From Candidatus Bathyarchaeota archaeon (lineage in GTDB: Archaea; Thermoproteota; Bathyarchaeia; Bathyarchaeales; Bathycorpusculaceae), in the NCBI GenBank assembly GCA_963832745.1, contig CAWHVC010000002.1, forward strand, positions 224,001 through 288,000: a stretch of DNA of 64,000 nt, given 5' to 3'. A model generated the notes under the pieces. It saw only the letters and a list, made by a program, of their open reading frames with translations, had not been told where the DNA came from and ran no database searches. Of this stretch, positions 38,087 to 47,458 are shown piece after piece (within the stretch, counting starts at the first letter, position 1; every line of letters starts with the position of its first letter). A program made the translations under genes and the position numbers.

Positions 38087-39945
38087 GTGTTACTTGGGAG
38101 TTGGTTGACTGGTTGGACTAATAGAAAGTCTCATTTGATTACTGGTGCTACTGGTGCAGGTAACGATTACCAAGTAAAAATTATCGTTAATTATGGTTCT
38201 GGTAGCGATAGTGGTAACAGTGTTTATTGTAGCAGCAATTGTGGTCAGGATTTTGGTGATATACGTTTTACTGGTTCAGATGGAACAACATCACTTCCGT
38301 ATTGGATGGAGAAAAAAACTGATGGAACCAGCGCAGTCTTTTGGGTTAAAGTATTAGCCGATTTAAGTTCTAACCTAAACTATCTATGTCAACTACAATA
38401 AACCCAGCGAAACAACCACAAGTAACGGTACTGACACTTTTGACGTTTTTCGCAATTTAGTCGACAACTTCTATGCTGCTTTGGGAACAGTTAACCTTAC
38501 CATTTACAATAATGGCCAAGATCCTGGAGACTACTTTATCGCTTCACAAACTGTAAATTCAGTGAACATTAGCCCCTGTATCTACTTCAGAGTTTATGGT
38601 GGCAAAAAATATGCCGTATCTTTGTCTAACCTGTACTTTGAGGGTTTACTTGGTGGTGGAAACTATGGTATCTGCGGAATAGACCTACGCAACCGAACCT
38701 GAGCTGCTCCAACAGGCTGGAAAACATCAATGGCCTACACTGCAAATACAACGCTAAACAAAAAACACGTTGTTGTACTCGATTACTTAAAGGCAGGCAC
38801 TGGCAGTGGATCTATCGTGTTCTATTCAAGCTGGTCTAATCCTGATGATATACCTGAAGGTACATCTGCTTTAAGCCAAAGCCTTTCTTCCACGTCAAGG
38901 GCTGTCACCGAATACTTATACAATGGAAGCGTTTCGCACATTAGAATATCTGGTGAACCAAATTCCCAAGTTACCGCTTACTCTGCAGTATACGCGGTAG
39001 GTAAATATGTTAACCCTGAACCATCACATTCAACCTGGGGCAATGAAGAGTCTTCAGGTGGCGGAACAATACCTGATCAATCCAGTTTCCTACGTTTCAA
39101 GCGGGCTGACGGAGTTTACGCGCTTTGTGTTGTACCTAACGGTCAAGGTGCGGCCAGCATGGGTGGAATACCCAAAGTACGAAAAGACGGTGTCACATAT
39201 GACATCTATCTTGTTGAAACAAACGACGCTTTTGCAAGCCCTGTTAGAGTTAAAACCAGTGCTGGAACAAAAGCCGTACGATACTACACGAGCTCACAGT
39301 GATTCAGTGCACTCGGACGTAGCTCACAGCGATAACAGTTCTCACAGTGATGTCCCATTTTCAAATGTTGTGCATTCTGACTCTTCAACTCACAGCGATG
39401 TTGCTCATTCCGATGTTTCCGCTTTTTCCAACTGGGTAGAGCACTACGATCACAGTGACAGCCCACATAGCGATATTACTCATTCAGATGCCAGTAGCGC
39501 CCATAGCGATACGGCATTTAGTAACGTTGCTCACTCTGATACTCAACCCCAGTACTATTACGATGCCGCCCATTACTGGGATGGTTATTACCATTTGGAC
39601 GCGACTGGCGGTACCCCGATTGAACACTACGATTACAGCGACACTCCACATTCTGACGTTGTACATAGTGATGCTTCATCTCACAGTGATACGGCATTTA
39701 GTAACGTTGCTCATTCCGACACTCAACCTCAAGGATACTATGACCAATACAGTTGGTGGGACCAATATGACCACACAAATCATCAAAATGTTCCCTTTAG
39801 TAACACAGCACATTCAGATAGCACTCCTCACAGTGATGTTACTCATTCAGACGTACCCCACAGCGACACCGCGACAACACATAGCGATACCCCACATTCA
39901 GACTCTGTACATTCAGATACAGCAGAAGGCATAATCGCCTTCTGA
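38087..39945 (+). pseudogene. DUF2341-type protein B with a C-terminal His-Ser-Asp repeat tail (frameshift ~38378, in-frame TGA 38700-38702, frameshift ~39291)
   Basis: WLTGWTNRKSH..GAGNDYQVKI..DFGDIRFT..FWVKV; shift into TIYVNYNKPSETTTSNGTDTF; KYVNPEPSHSTWGNEE; ASPVRVKTSAGTKAVRYYT; shift into AHSDSVHSD... Confidence 0.7.
39292..39945 (+). repeat. Aromatic-X-Asp/Asn tripeptide repeat region (23 HSD, 5 FSN, ~10 variants)
   Basis: Counted from the translation; varied synonymous codons; exact 26-bp duplicate GATACGGCATTTAGTAACGTTGCTCA at 39508 and 39688. Confidence 0.9.
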
Positions 39946-39963
39946 CCTTTCGGGGTGAATATT

Positions 39964-41246
39964 ATGGCTATAATTGTAGTTCCAAATTTAAGTTGCAATA
40001 TCGGCTGCAAATACTGTTTTGCCCACGGCTACAGTTGGGTTGAAAACTCAAAAAAGAGTTACAACCTTAACGCTATGCTGGAATCAATGGAAAAGATGCA
40101 CAAACAAACCGGCGGTGACCTATTTTGTATGCATGGCGGCGAATGCACGTTGATAGATCGAAGTGACTTTGAAACCATCCTTAAAAAAATGTATCAGTTA
40201 CAGGGCAAATCATCTATTCAAACTAACGCTTACGAAATTGACAATGACTTAATTCGGCTATTCAAAAAATACAAAACTTCTGTTGGGGTAAGCATTGACG
40301 GAGACGGCGAGTTAAACTCCTTAAGAGGGTTCCCTTGTAACAAAGAAATGTCCAGCAAATATACCAATGTTGTTCTCAAGAACATGTTTGAAATGCAAAA
40401 ACAAGGCATCAATGTTGGCGTAATCACTTTGTTGCATAAAATTAACGCTGGCACTGACGAGGCACTTGACAAACTAGTTGACTTCATTTTGATGTTAAGA
40501 GCCAATAACATCAGAGGCGGCAGACTAAATTTAATGTGGACAAATTATCCAGAAGTAAAACAATACGAATTAACTCCACAAGAAGCTTCAAATGCATGGC
40601 TATACCTCTATGGCAACCTTAAACATTACCTGATTTAGAGTGGCAACCCTTCAGAGAATTCGCCGATAACCTTCTTGGTTATGGTCATTTTAGCTGTTCC
40701 TTTGGTAAATGTGATTACTTCTGCACAATGGGTGCTAAAGTCATACTGCCAGATGGTTCACTTGGAAATTGTGACCGCACTCATCAGGAAGGAGTTACAT
40801 ACACTAGAGCAACTGAGTCTCCTACATACGAACGATATGAAGTGTTAAAAGAAACAGATTGCAGTAATTGCAGATTCTGGAACATATGCTATGGCGGTTG
40901 CCCTTCTGAAGGTGACAACAGCGACTGGCGAAACAAAACACGATGGTGTAAACCAACATACGACCTCTACAGCGTTATTGAAGCCGATATACGCGCCCTT
41001 TTTCCTAACATAAACCTTGTAACCGATTATCATGGCAAAGAAGACTACTTTGATATGGTAAAAAAAGGCGTATACATCAAAGCATTCAGTAAAATGACCT
41101 GGGAAACAGCATGCAACCCTTCTTCATGGAAACACACTCAAGAAAAGCAGCCTTGGGGTACAAATCAATCCCGTCAACCTGTTTGCAATCCTCATGGCGA
41201 TTCTCCTCATGGTGACTTTACAAACAATGGTGGTGAAACCAATTGA
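39964..41246 (+). pseudogene. Radical SAM/SPASM maturase, split by a 1-nt frameshift at ~40630
   Basis: CNIGCKYC, HGGE, QTN, VSIDG. Adding one C at TACC|TGAT gives KHYPDLEWQPFREFADNLLGYGHFSCSFGKCDYFCT, which runs into the SPASM domain (GNCDRT, CSNCRFWNICYGGCP..WC). Confidence 0.85.
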
Positions 41247-42040
41247 CAGACCTTAACCCGTTTTTTAAAATATCTTGGAACAACGCCAATATCAGAAATA
41301 CATACGACAAAATAATTGCTTCAGCCAACGAATTAAGCTACAGAGCAGAATATGAAATGGTAAAGCTTGGGCTGCGACAAGCAAACGTGTACCACATGAC
41401 TCCGAATAGCTTTGACAAACAAATCGAAACCATAACAAACGATGGATTGGTTTTCTTGCCAATTCTTAGAAGCAAGGCATACAGCGGATTTAGCCACAAA
41501 CATTTTCCAGTTGACAAGTTAGACAGCGATACATTCGTATTTGGAGTAGTTGCCCAAAGCATTGAGATAGCCCAAAAATTCAAAGCTGCCTCCCTTAAGG
41601 GTGACCATATTACTCAAGGTGAACTGCTTGGCTACCCCAAATGCTGTTGTGAAGCATTCAGCAAAAACTGGTCTAGCAATAAACTTGATCCATGTTATGA
41701 ATCGGCAGTCAACACACCTGAAGCTACTTTGGATTACACTAAAGAAAAAGTACACGTTAATGGCGATGCATGCCTTAATACTATGCTTAGGTACTTTGGG
41801 GTGAGAATAGTTCCTTTCTTCCCGTGTAGTTACCAATGCAGCGAAGCTTTGGATGTCAGCAAGAACTGGTTTGAAGTAATGAAATCCTTAAACAAAGATG
41901 TTACTTTAAAAGTCAAGGAACTGCTTGAACAACCACTAACATGGGTATTTAACAAAGGCATAATCTACATAACAACTCCCATTATGCGAGCTGTTGTGAA
42001 CGGATATGAATGTGAAAGGAAGAGTGTACTATGGCAATGA
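41243..42040 (+). CDS. Cys-rich hypothetical protein, DUF483-like
   Basis: GELLGYPKCCCEAF and PFFPCSYQC motifs; TTGA overlap with the rSAM stop codon. Confidence 0.65.
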   Translation: MTDLNPFFKISWNNANIRNTYDKIIASANELSYRAEYEMVKLGLRQANVYHMTPNSFDKQIETITNDGLVFLPILRSKAYSGFSHKHFPVDKLDSDTFVFGVVAQSIEIAQKFKAASLKGDHITQGELLGYPKCCCEAFSKNWSSNKLDPCYESAVNTPEATLDYTKEKVHVNGDACLNTMLRYFGVRIVPFFPCSYQCSEALDVSKNWFEVMKSLNKDVTLKVKELLEQPLTWVFNKGIIYITTPIMRAVVNGYECERKSVLWQ

Positions 42041-42744
42041 CTGAAGAAAAGCAAAAGTATGCAATTGATTTCGTCAAAAAGACTCTTCCAGCTGATGCTG
42101 AAATACTCTTCTTAAGCTTGACTGGCAGTAGAGCATTTGGATGGGCCGATGGCGCTCAAGACTATGATGTTCATGGTGTCTTTCTATGTGATAACTATTG
42201 GGATTGGGTTCATTATGGAAAAAATATGTTTGATATTAATCTCTATGAGCTTCACCATATACAATCCGATATAGTTTGTTAGCATTTTGAGGAATTCATG
42301 AACTTTTCTAATCCATTCTATGTAAACCCCAAATTTGATTATGACGGATTGATGTCTTTTTGCACAAATGATAGTGTCAGACAAAAAGATGCTGATATAG
42401 AATCGCAGATAAACCGGTTTAAGTACGACGGATCACCAAGGACTGCTTTGCATGCCTACAGAATACTTATGGTGCCTTTGTATTTCATTGAAAATCGAAA
42501 GTTTAAGCTGAACATTTTTGAAATCAACGGACAGGACGCATTTGGTTTTTCTGAATTGAATAACTTAAAAGCTGCATATAATCTTGGGCATTCTAGTTAT
42601 AATAGAAAAAAAGTGCTTTCTGATTTAGAGTATTTGCACAATCTCTGCAAAGAAAAAATTGCTAAGTTACCTGCTGAAAAACCGGATATGGAGAAGGCTA
42701 AGATTTGGCTTAAAAATGTTAAGGGGGGTTTATTGCAAAAATGA
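42037..42744 (+). pseudogene. Pol-beta superfamily nucleotidyltransferase (RlaP/YcgL-like), in-frame TAG at 42280-42282
   Basis: LTGSRAFGWADGAQDYDVHGVF, DINLYEL; TAG CAT TTT GAG GAA TTC ATG joins the 42298 ORF in frame. Confidence 0.75.
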
Positions 42745-42971
42745 GTAACGAACTAAACCCTTATCAGGATATGTCACCAATGAACGGTAAATTAAATGTT
42801 GAAATGCAACGGCAAATCGCTACTTTGAACGCTCGGATTAACAATGCTACGTTAGCTTATGATGATTTGCTTAAAGAGATTAATTGCGTCTTTAAGATGA
42901 TGCTGAATACAATCGAAGTCCTGCAAAGGGAAGCTACTGAAATTAAGGCCAAGGCTCAGGATAAAGCCTGA
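42741..42971 (+). CDS. Small coiled-coil protein
   Basis: ATGA overlap, heptad-like helix; last gene of the operon. Confidence 0.6.
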   Translation: MSNELNPYQDMSPMNGKLNVEMQRQIATLNARINNATLAYDDLLKEINCVFKMMLNTIEVLQREATEIKAKAQDKA

Positions 42972-43411
42972 ATCTTGGTCTGTTAATCTATTATACTTAT
43001 GTATTGTAAATTAAAAATTTGTCAATGGATGCTTTTTCTTAATTTTTATGAACATTTCTCAACACATTTTAAATATGCTTGGACAATTAACATGTTTTTA
43101 GAGCACACAAAAAAGTGTATGTGAGTTTCATGGCAGGTATAGTTTGGCAATTCAAGCCTTTTTGCCTTGTTAGTCACCTTAACAAGCGCCTCTGATTCCG
43201 CACACTCGAGTACCCAGCGAGCAGTGTCAACGGGTAGTATGCCGTGTATAGCTTGATAATTTTGGATTGCCAAGCAGCTACCGCCATCCTCCGCTCTTCC
43301 TGCATGCAAATTTTTTGTTTCAACTTATTTTTTACGTGTATATGAGCATGTTACATAATTTTATATTCAGATTCCACAGATGAACAAAGTCTTCAAGGAG
43401 GCGAAAAAACT

Positions 43412-43537
43412 TTGCTGAGTAGAGACTGCGACGGATGCGCCCAACTGCACATGTGCAGCGAACGATACCGCCGCGTAAACAAAAACGAAAAGGTTTACTG
43501 CCCAGACGGAACAGCCCACCTAGTAGACCAAAACTAA
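43412..43537 (+). CDS. Small 41-aa Cys/His protein (putative Zn-binding)
   Basis: GGAGG RBS, TTG start, MLSRDCDGCAQLHMCSERYRRVNKNEKVYCPDGTAHLVDQN. Confidence 0.65.
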   Translation: MLSRDCDGCAQLHMCSERYRRVNKNEKVYCPDGTAHLVDQN

Positions 43538-43555
43538 CCGCTATTTTCCAATTTT

Positions 43556-45062
43556 TTAAAATAACTTATGCATTGTTTTCGCTGTTTTTGTTTTTTTTCG
43601 TCGAAAGACCATAATTATTAATATGATAATTATGCTTGCAGCAACTACCGCGGCTATCCAAAGGGGCGGTTGATATGACAATTCTTTTGCTTCGTTTTGG
43701 ATTAAGCCCTGATTTGTTACGGTTATGGTGCCGCCGGATGTTTGGTCAAAAACAGTTGTTTCGCCCCCCAAGTTCATGAGGGTTTGCGCATCGACGTTTT
43801 CTATGAAAGAAGTTGTAAATGAAATGTTTGCCATATTGTTAAACACGATTTTCGCTGCTTCGCTACTTGTTTTTATCATCCATTCGTCAGGCGTAGATTG
43901 ATTTGCTGTTTAGTATGTTCATGTTTGCGTTACTTGTGAATTGAGTATTGGTGATGTCTAAATTACCGTTGTTTGCCATGTTGTGTATGTTGCTGACGTT
44001 GCAGTTTGTGAATGAGAGGTTGCCGGCGGTGTTGAAGCTGTTTATGTCTAACAGTTTGGTGCTGATGAATGTAGCTGTGCCTGCATTATTGTAGTTGTTC
44101 AGGTTTGTGATTGTACAGTTAGTCATTGTCTCGGCACCGTTAGTGTTGTAATTTCCGATGCCGCTGAAATTGCAATCATCCATTGTGTTTTCTATTCCGT
44201 AATCGCTGTAGATTATGTTGGCTGATGTACTTTCTATTATGCTGTTTTTCCAAGTTGCTTGCCCTGTTAAGATGCTGATGCTTGCGGTTTTTCCGTGTGA
44301 TGCTCCTGAGGCCGAAAAACCGCCTGAATCCACCGTTAATGTGCCGTATTGGCTGTTTAAGTTTATTGTTCCGCCATAATTGGCGTCCATTATGCAATGG
44401 GTAAGTTGGAGGTTGCCTTTGTTTGCAATGTTTTGTATTCCCCTGGCTCCGTTCGCGGTGAAGCCGGTGTTTGTTAGGGTTGCATCTTTGTTGTTTGTAA
44501 AGAATGTGCCGTCAAATTGGTCTTTAAGCTGCCAATTGTCCGCGTTTAGGGTGCCGTCATTGGTGATGTAGGCGACTCCCCCGTAAACGTTGATTCCCGC
44601 ATTTTTTACGATGAGGGTCTCGGTGTTGATTATGTGTAGTGTTGAGTTGCCTGATAGGTTGATGTTTTCGTCTTGAATAGTTAAGGTTCCTTTGTTTAGT
44701 ATGGTTAAGTTGGCTTGGGTGCATTGGATTTCTGCTTTTATGGTTAATTCGCCGTTGTTTATGATTTCTAACAGGGTTTTTTGGTTGTTTGTTCCTTGGA
44801 CGTTAATGTTGTGTTCAAGATTGCTTTTTTCGTTTGCCTCAATGGTTACTGTTGTGTTAGAAGTGATTGAATCGTTCATGTCTGATAAAATTTCGTTAGC
44901 TTGAGTAGTTTCAACAATAGAAATAGTTAAAATTATTATGATTAATGCACAAATTACCCTGTTTTTGTTCAATTTGAAATGCCTTCTCCCTTGAGGTTTT
45001 ATTATGTTTTGAGTGTTTATTTGTTTTTTGGGCTGGTTAATCACCGGTTGCTTGGGAAACAT
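43556..45062 (-). pseudogene. Asn/Thr-rich beta-helix-like surface protein split by a 1-nt insertion at ~43889
   Basis: N-terminal TM and N/T/G repeats; removing one base gives SIYADEWMIKTS, matching the internal LNADNWQLK and joining the C-terminal TM+RRKK part. Confidence 0.7.
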
Positions 45063-45086
45063 AAAAATTAAAGACTACATGATTGT

Positions 45087-45644
45087 TTGTTAGTATTCTC
45101 TGGTGAATTACAATTGGATAAAGCTGATTATTTAATTTGGAGCCGCAAATACGACAAAGCCTACGGTTTTCTAGCACAGCGCGAACGAGAGTTAGGTTCC
45201 AAGTTTCGAAAAAAGAAAATGATGACTAAAGCGGATTTGGCAGCGATTGTTGAATGGAAATTCAAAGATGAACCTGACAAGAAGATGCATGCTTTAGAGT
45301 TGGTAGAACGAAATAGTGAGGAAGCGGTGGAACGTATTTCGAGTCAAGTTTTCAACCTGCCTGCAGGCGATGACGTTTACCGTATGAATTGCTTAACAAC
45401 CCTTGAAGGTGTTAACCCAGTGCTTGCAAGCATAATTTTGGCCTTCTTTGACCCTAAAATTTATGGAATTTTTGATGCTCGTGTTTGGAAACCAGTGCTT
45501 GGTAATGCTCCTTCTGGTCTGTTAACTACCTCGAATTATCGGACCTTATTGTTAGCTCTTCGAAAGACGGCTGCTAAACATAATTTAGACGTTAGAGTAA
45601 TTGATAAGGCGCTTTACAAGAAAAGTTTGGATGCGTCCAGTTAA
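45087..45644 (+). CDS. Hypothetical protein with a helix-hairpin-helix glycosylase-like motif
   Basis: IVEWKF, LEGVNPVLASIIL, IFDARVW, RVIDKALY. Confidence 0.65.
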   Translation: MLVFSGELQLDKADYLIWSRKYDKAYGFLAQRERELGSKFRKKKMMTKADLAAIVEWKFKDEPDKKMHALELVERNSEEAVERISSQVFNLPAGDDVYRMNCLTTLEGVNPVLASIILAFFDPKIYGIFDARVWKPVLGNAPSGLLTTSNYRTLLLALRKTAAKHNLDVRVIDKALYKKSLDASS

Positions 45645-45685
45645 GGAAAAAGGAATTTAAAAATTGTTAAAGAAATTGATTGTTT

Positions 45686-45994
45686 TTAGATTAGTTCTAT
45701 GGTTACGTGTACTTCTTCTGGTACGCGTATGCGCATGATGCGTCTCATGACCCGTTCTTCTGAGTCAATATCGATTAAGCGTTTGTGAATGCGCATTTCC
45801 CATCTGTCCCATGTGGCTGTGCCTTCGCCGCAGGGTGTTTTCAGAACTGGAACACGTAGGCGTTTTGTTGGTAGTGGTACTGGACCGTTGATTTTTACGC
45901 CTGTTTTTGTAGCTATGCTTTTGAGTTCCTCACACACTTCTTCAAGTTTACCGTAATCGGTGCTTGTGAGGCGTATTCGTGCTTTTCTTACCAT
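45686..45994 (-). CDS. rpsJ: 30S ribosomal protein uS10
   Basis: [39 protein letters not shown]. Confidence 0.98.
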   Translation of the reverse strand: MVRKARIRLTSTDYGKLEEVCEELKSIATKTGVKINGPVPLPTKRLRVPVLKTPCGEGTATWDRWEMRIHKRLIDIDSEERVMRRIMRIRVPEEVHVTIELI

Positions 45995-46053
45995 TTTTGA
46001 ACGTCAATCCCGCTTTGTTGCAATCCTTAGACACAAAAGCGGAACATAAAAAC

Positions 46054-46255
46054 CTATCGTAACACAAGGATGATGTTATGGCGTAGATTTTGGGTTATTT
46101 CGCTATTGTGGATACATTTTTTGGGTTTAATTTTATGTCTAACGGCTTGTTGGCGAGGGTTTGACAGTTTTGTACATGTTTTAGCTTGCTTTTGAACCAT
46201 TAGGCACCTACCCCCTATAGGTTTTCTGCATAGATGGGTATTAGGATCCAAATAG
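46054..46255 (-). pseudogene. Degenerate homologue of the 6999..7350 gene start
   Basis: 46206-46255 matches 7301-7350 (ACCTACC.CCTATAGGTTT(T)CTGCATA...TATTAGGATCCAAATAG). Confidence 0.55.
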
Positions 46256-46314
46256 TTTGCTCAAAAATTTAACGTAAATTCGACAAAATAAAAAGAAGCA
46301 AAAAAGAAAAGAGT

Positions 46315-47370
46315 TTACTCTTTCTTTTGTTTGTTGGGACGTAGTGAACGTACGGTTGCGCCTGCACGCCACAATTCGCTGTTGCCCATGGCTTTTAGTT
46401 CGTCTGAGAGTTTCTGTTTATAGTTTTCTTCTTTGCTGCGTTCTAGGACAATGCGTGATTCTTCGCCTGCCGCTGTAAGCTCATAGAGTGAGTCAAACAC
46501 TGGTTTTGTTGCGCTGCGGAAGCGTTCTTTCCAGCGGAGTGCGCCGATGCGTGCGGTTTCACTGCAGTTGTTGTACATCCAGTCCATGCCGTTTTCGTCG
46601 ACGAGGCGGATGAGGCTTTGTGTGAGTTCTTCGACTGTTTCGTTGAATGCTTCGCTTGGGCTGTGTCCGTGCTCGCGTAGGGTTGCGTATTGGGCTTCAA
46701 TTATGCCTGCGAGTGCACCCATTAGGGTTCCGCGTTCGCCTGTTAGGTCACTGTATGTTTCTTTTTCAAAGGTTGTTGGGAACAGGTAACCGCTGCCGAT
46801 TGCGATTCCCATGGCTTTTGCGCGTATTTCTGCTTTGCCTGTTGCGTCTTGGAATATTGCAAAGCTGCTATTGATGCCGCTGCCGTCAAGGAAGTTTCTG
46901 CGGACACTGGTGCCACTGCCTTTTGGAGCGACCAGTATAACGTCTATGTCTGCTGGCGGGATAACGCCTGTCTGTTCTTTAAATACGACGCTGAAGCCGT
47001 GGCTGACGTAAAGGGCGTCTCCTTTCTTGAATGAAGTTTTGACTTTGGGCCATTCTTCTTTTTGGCCTGCGTCTGTGAGTAGGAACATTTTGATTGTTCC
47101 ACGTTTTGCGGCTTCTTCTACAGTGAACAGGGTTTCGCCTGGAACCCAGCCGTCTTTAACTGCAAGGTCCCATGTTTTTGAGCCTTGCCTTTGACCAACA
47201 ATTACTTTGATGCCTTGGTCGCGCATGTTTAACGCTTGTGAGCGCCCCTGGATACCGTAGCCAAGGGTTGCGATGACTTCGTTTTGTAGGATTTTTTGTG
47301 CTTGTTCAACAGTGAACTCTTTTCGTGTGACAACGTTTTCTTTAACGCCGCCAAAATCCAATTCGACCAT
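46315..47370 (-). CDS. ilvC: Ketol-acid reductoisomerase
   Basis: LGYGIQGRSQALN, SHGFS, VAPKGSG, SDLTGERGTLMG, EAFNETVEE. Confidence 0.95.
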   Translation of the reverse strand: MVELDFGGVKENVVTRKEFTVEQAQKILQNEVIATLGYGIQGRSQALNMRDQGIKVIVGQRQGSKTWDLAVKDGWVPGETLFTVEEAAKRGTIKMFLLTDAGQKEEWPKVKTSFKKGDALYVSHGFSVVFKEQTGVIPPADIDVILVAPKGSGTSVRRNFLDGSGINSSFAIFQDATGKAEIRAKAMGIAIGSGYLFPTTFEKETYSDLTGERGTLMGALAGIIEAQYATLREHGHSPSEAFNETVEELTQSLIRLVDENGMDWMYNNCSETARIGALRWKERFRSATKPVFDSLYELTAAGEESRIVLERSKEENYKQKLSDELKAMGNSELWRAGATVRSLRPNKQKKE

Positions 47371-47458
47371 TAATGATTCCTCGTTAACCTTTTTCTACAA
47401 TTTTGAAGAGAACGCAGTAAATAAGAATTTTCCCTGAAAAATCTGGACAGGCACTTGA

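Noticed and set aside
38700-38702. Selenocysteine at the in-frame TGA
   Set aside because: No redox motif context and no SECIS recognised; the same gene also has two frameshifts, so a nonsense mutation is more likely.
39007-39291. First ~95 aa of the 312-aa ORF as a RiPP leader peptide
   Set aside because: It overlaps the clearly coding frame of 38730..39302 and has no obvious RBS; better explained as an incidental open frame before the shift.
39455-39934. 159-aa Thr/Ile/Leu-rich ORF
   Set aside because: Alternative-frame shadow of the HSD repeat.
39292-39945. HSD region as a CRISPR array or DNA tandem repeat
   Set aside because: No constant-length DNA repeat with unique spacers; conservation is at the amino-acid level.
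43046-43309. 87-aa minus-strand ORF
   Set aside because: No recognisable motif or RBS; may be further gene debris but cannot be assigned.
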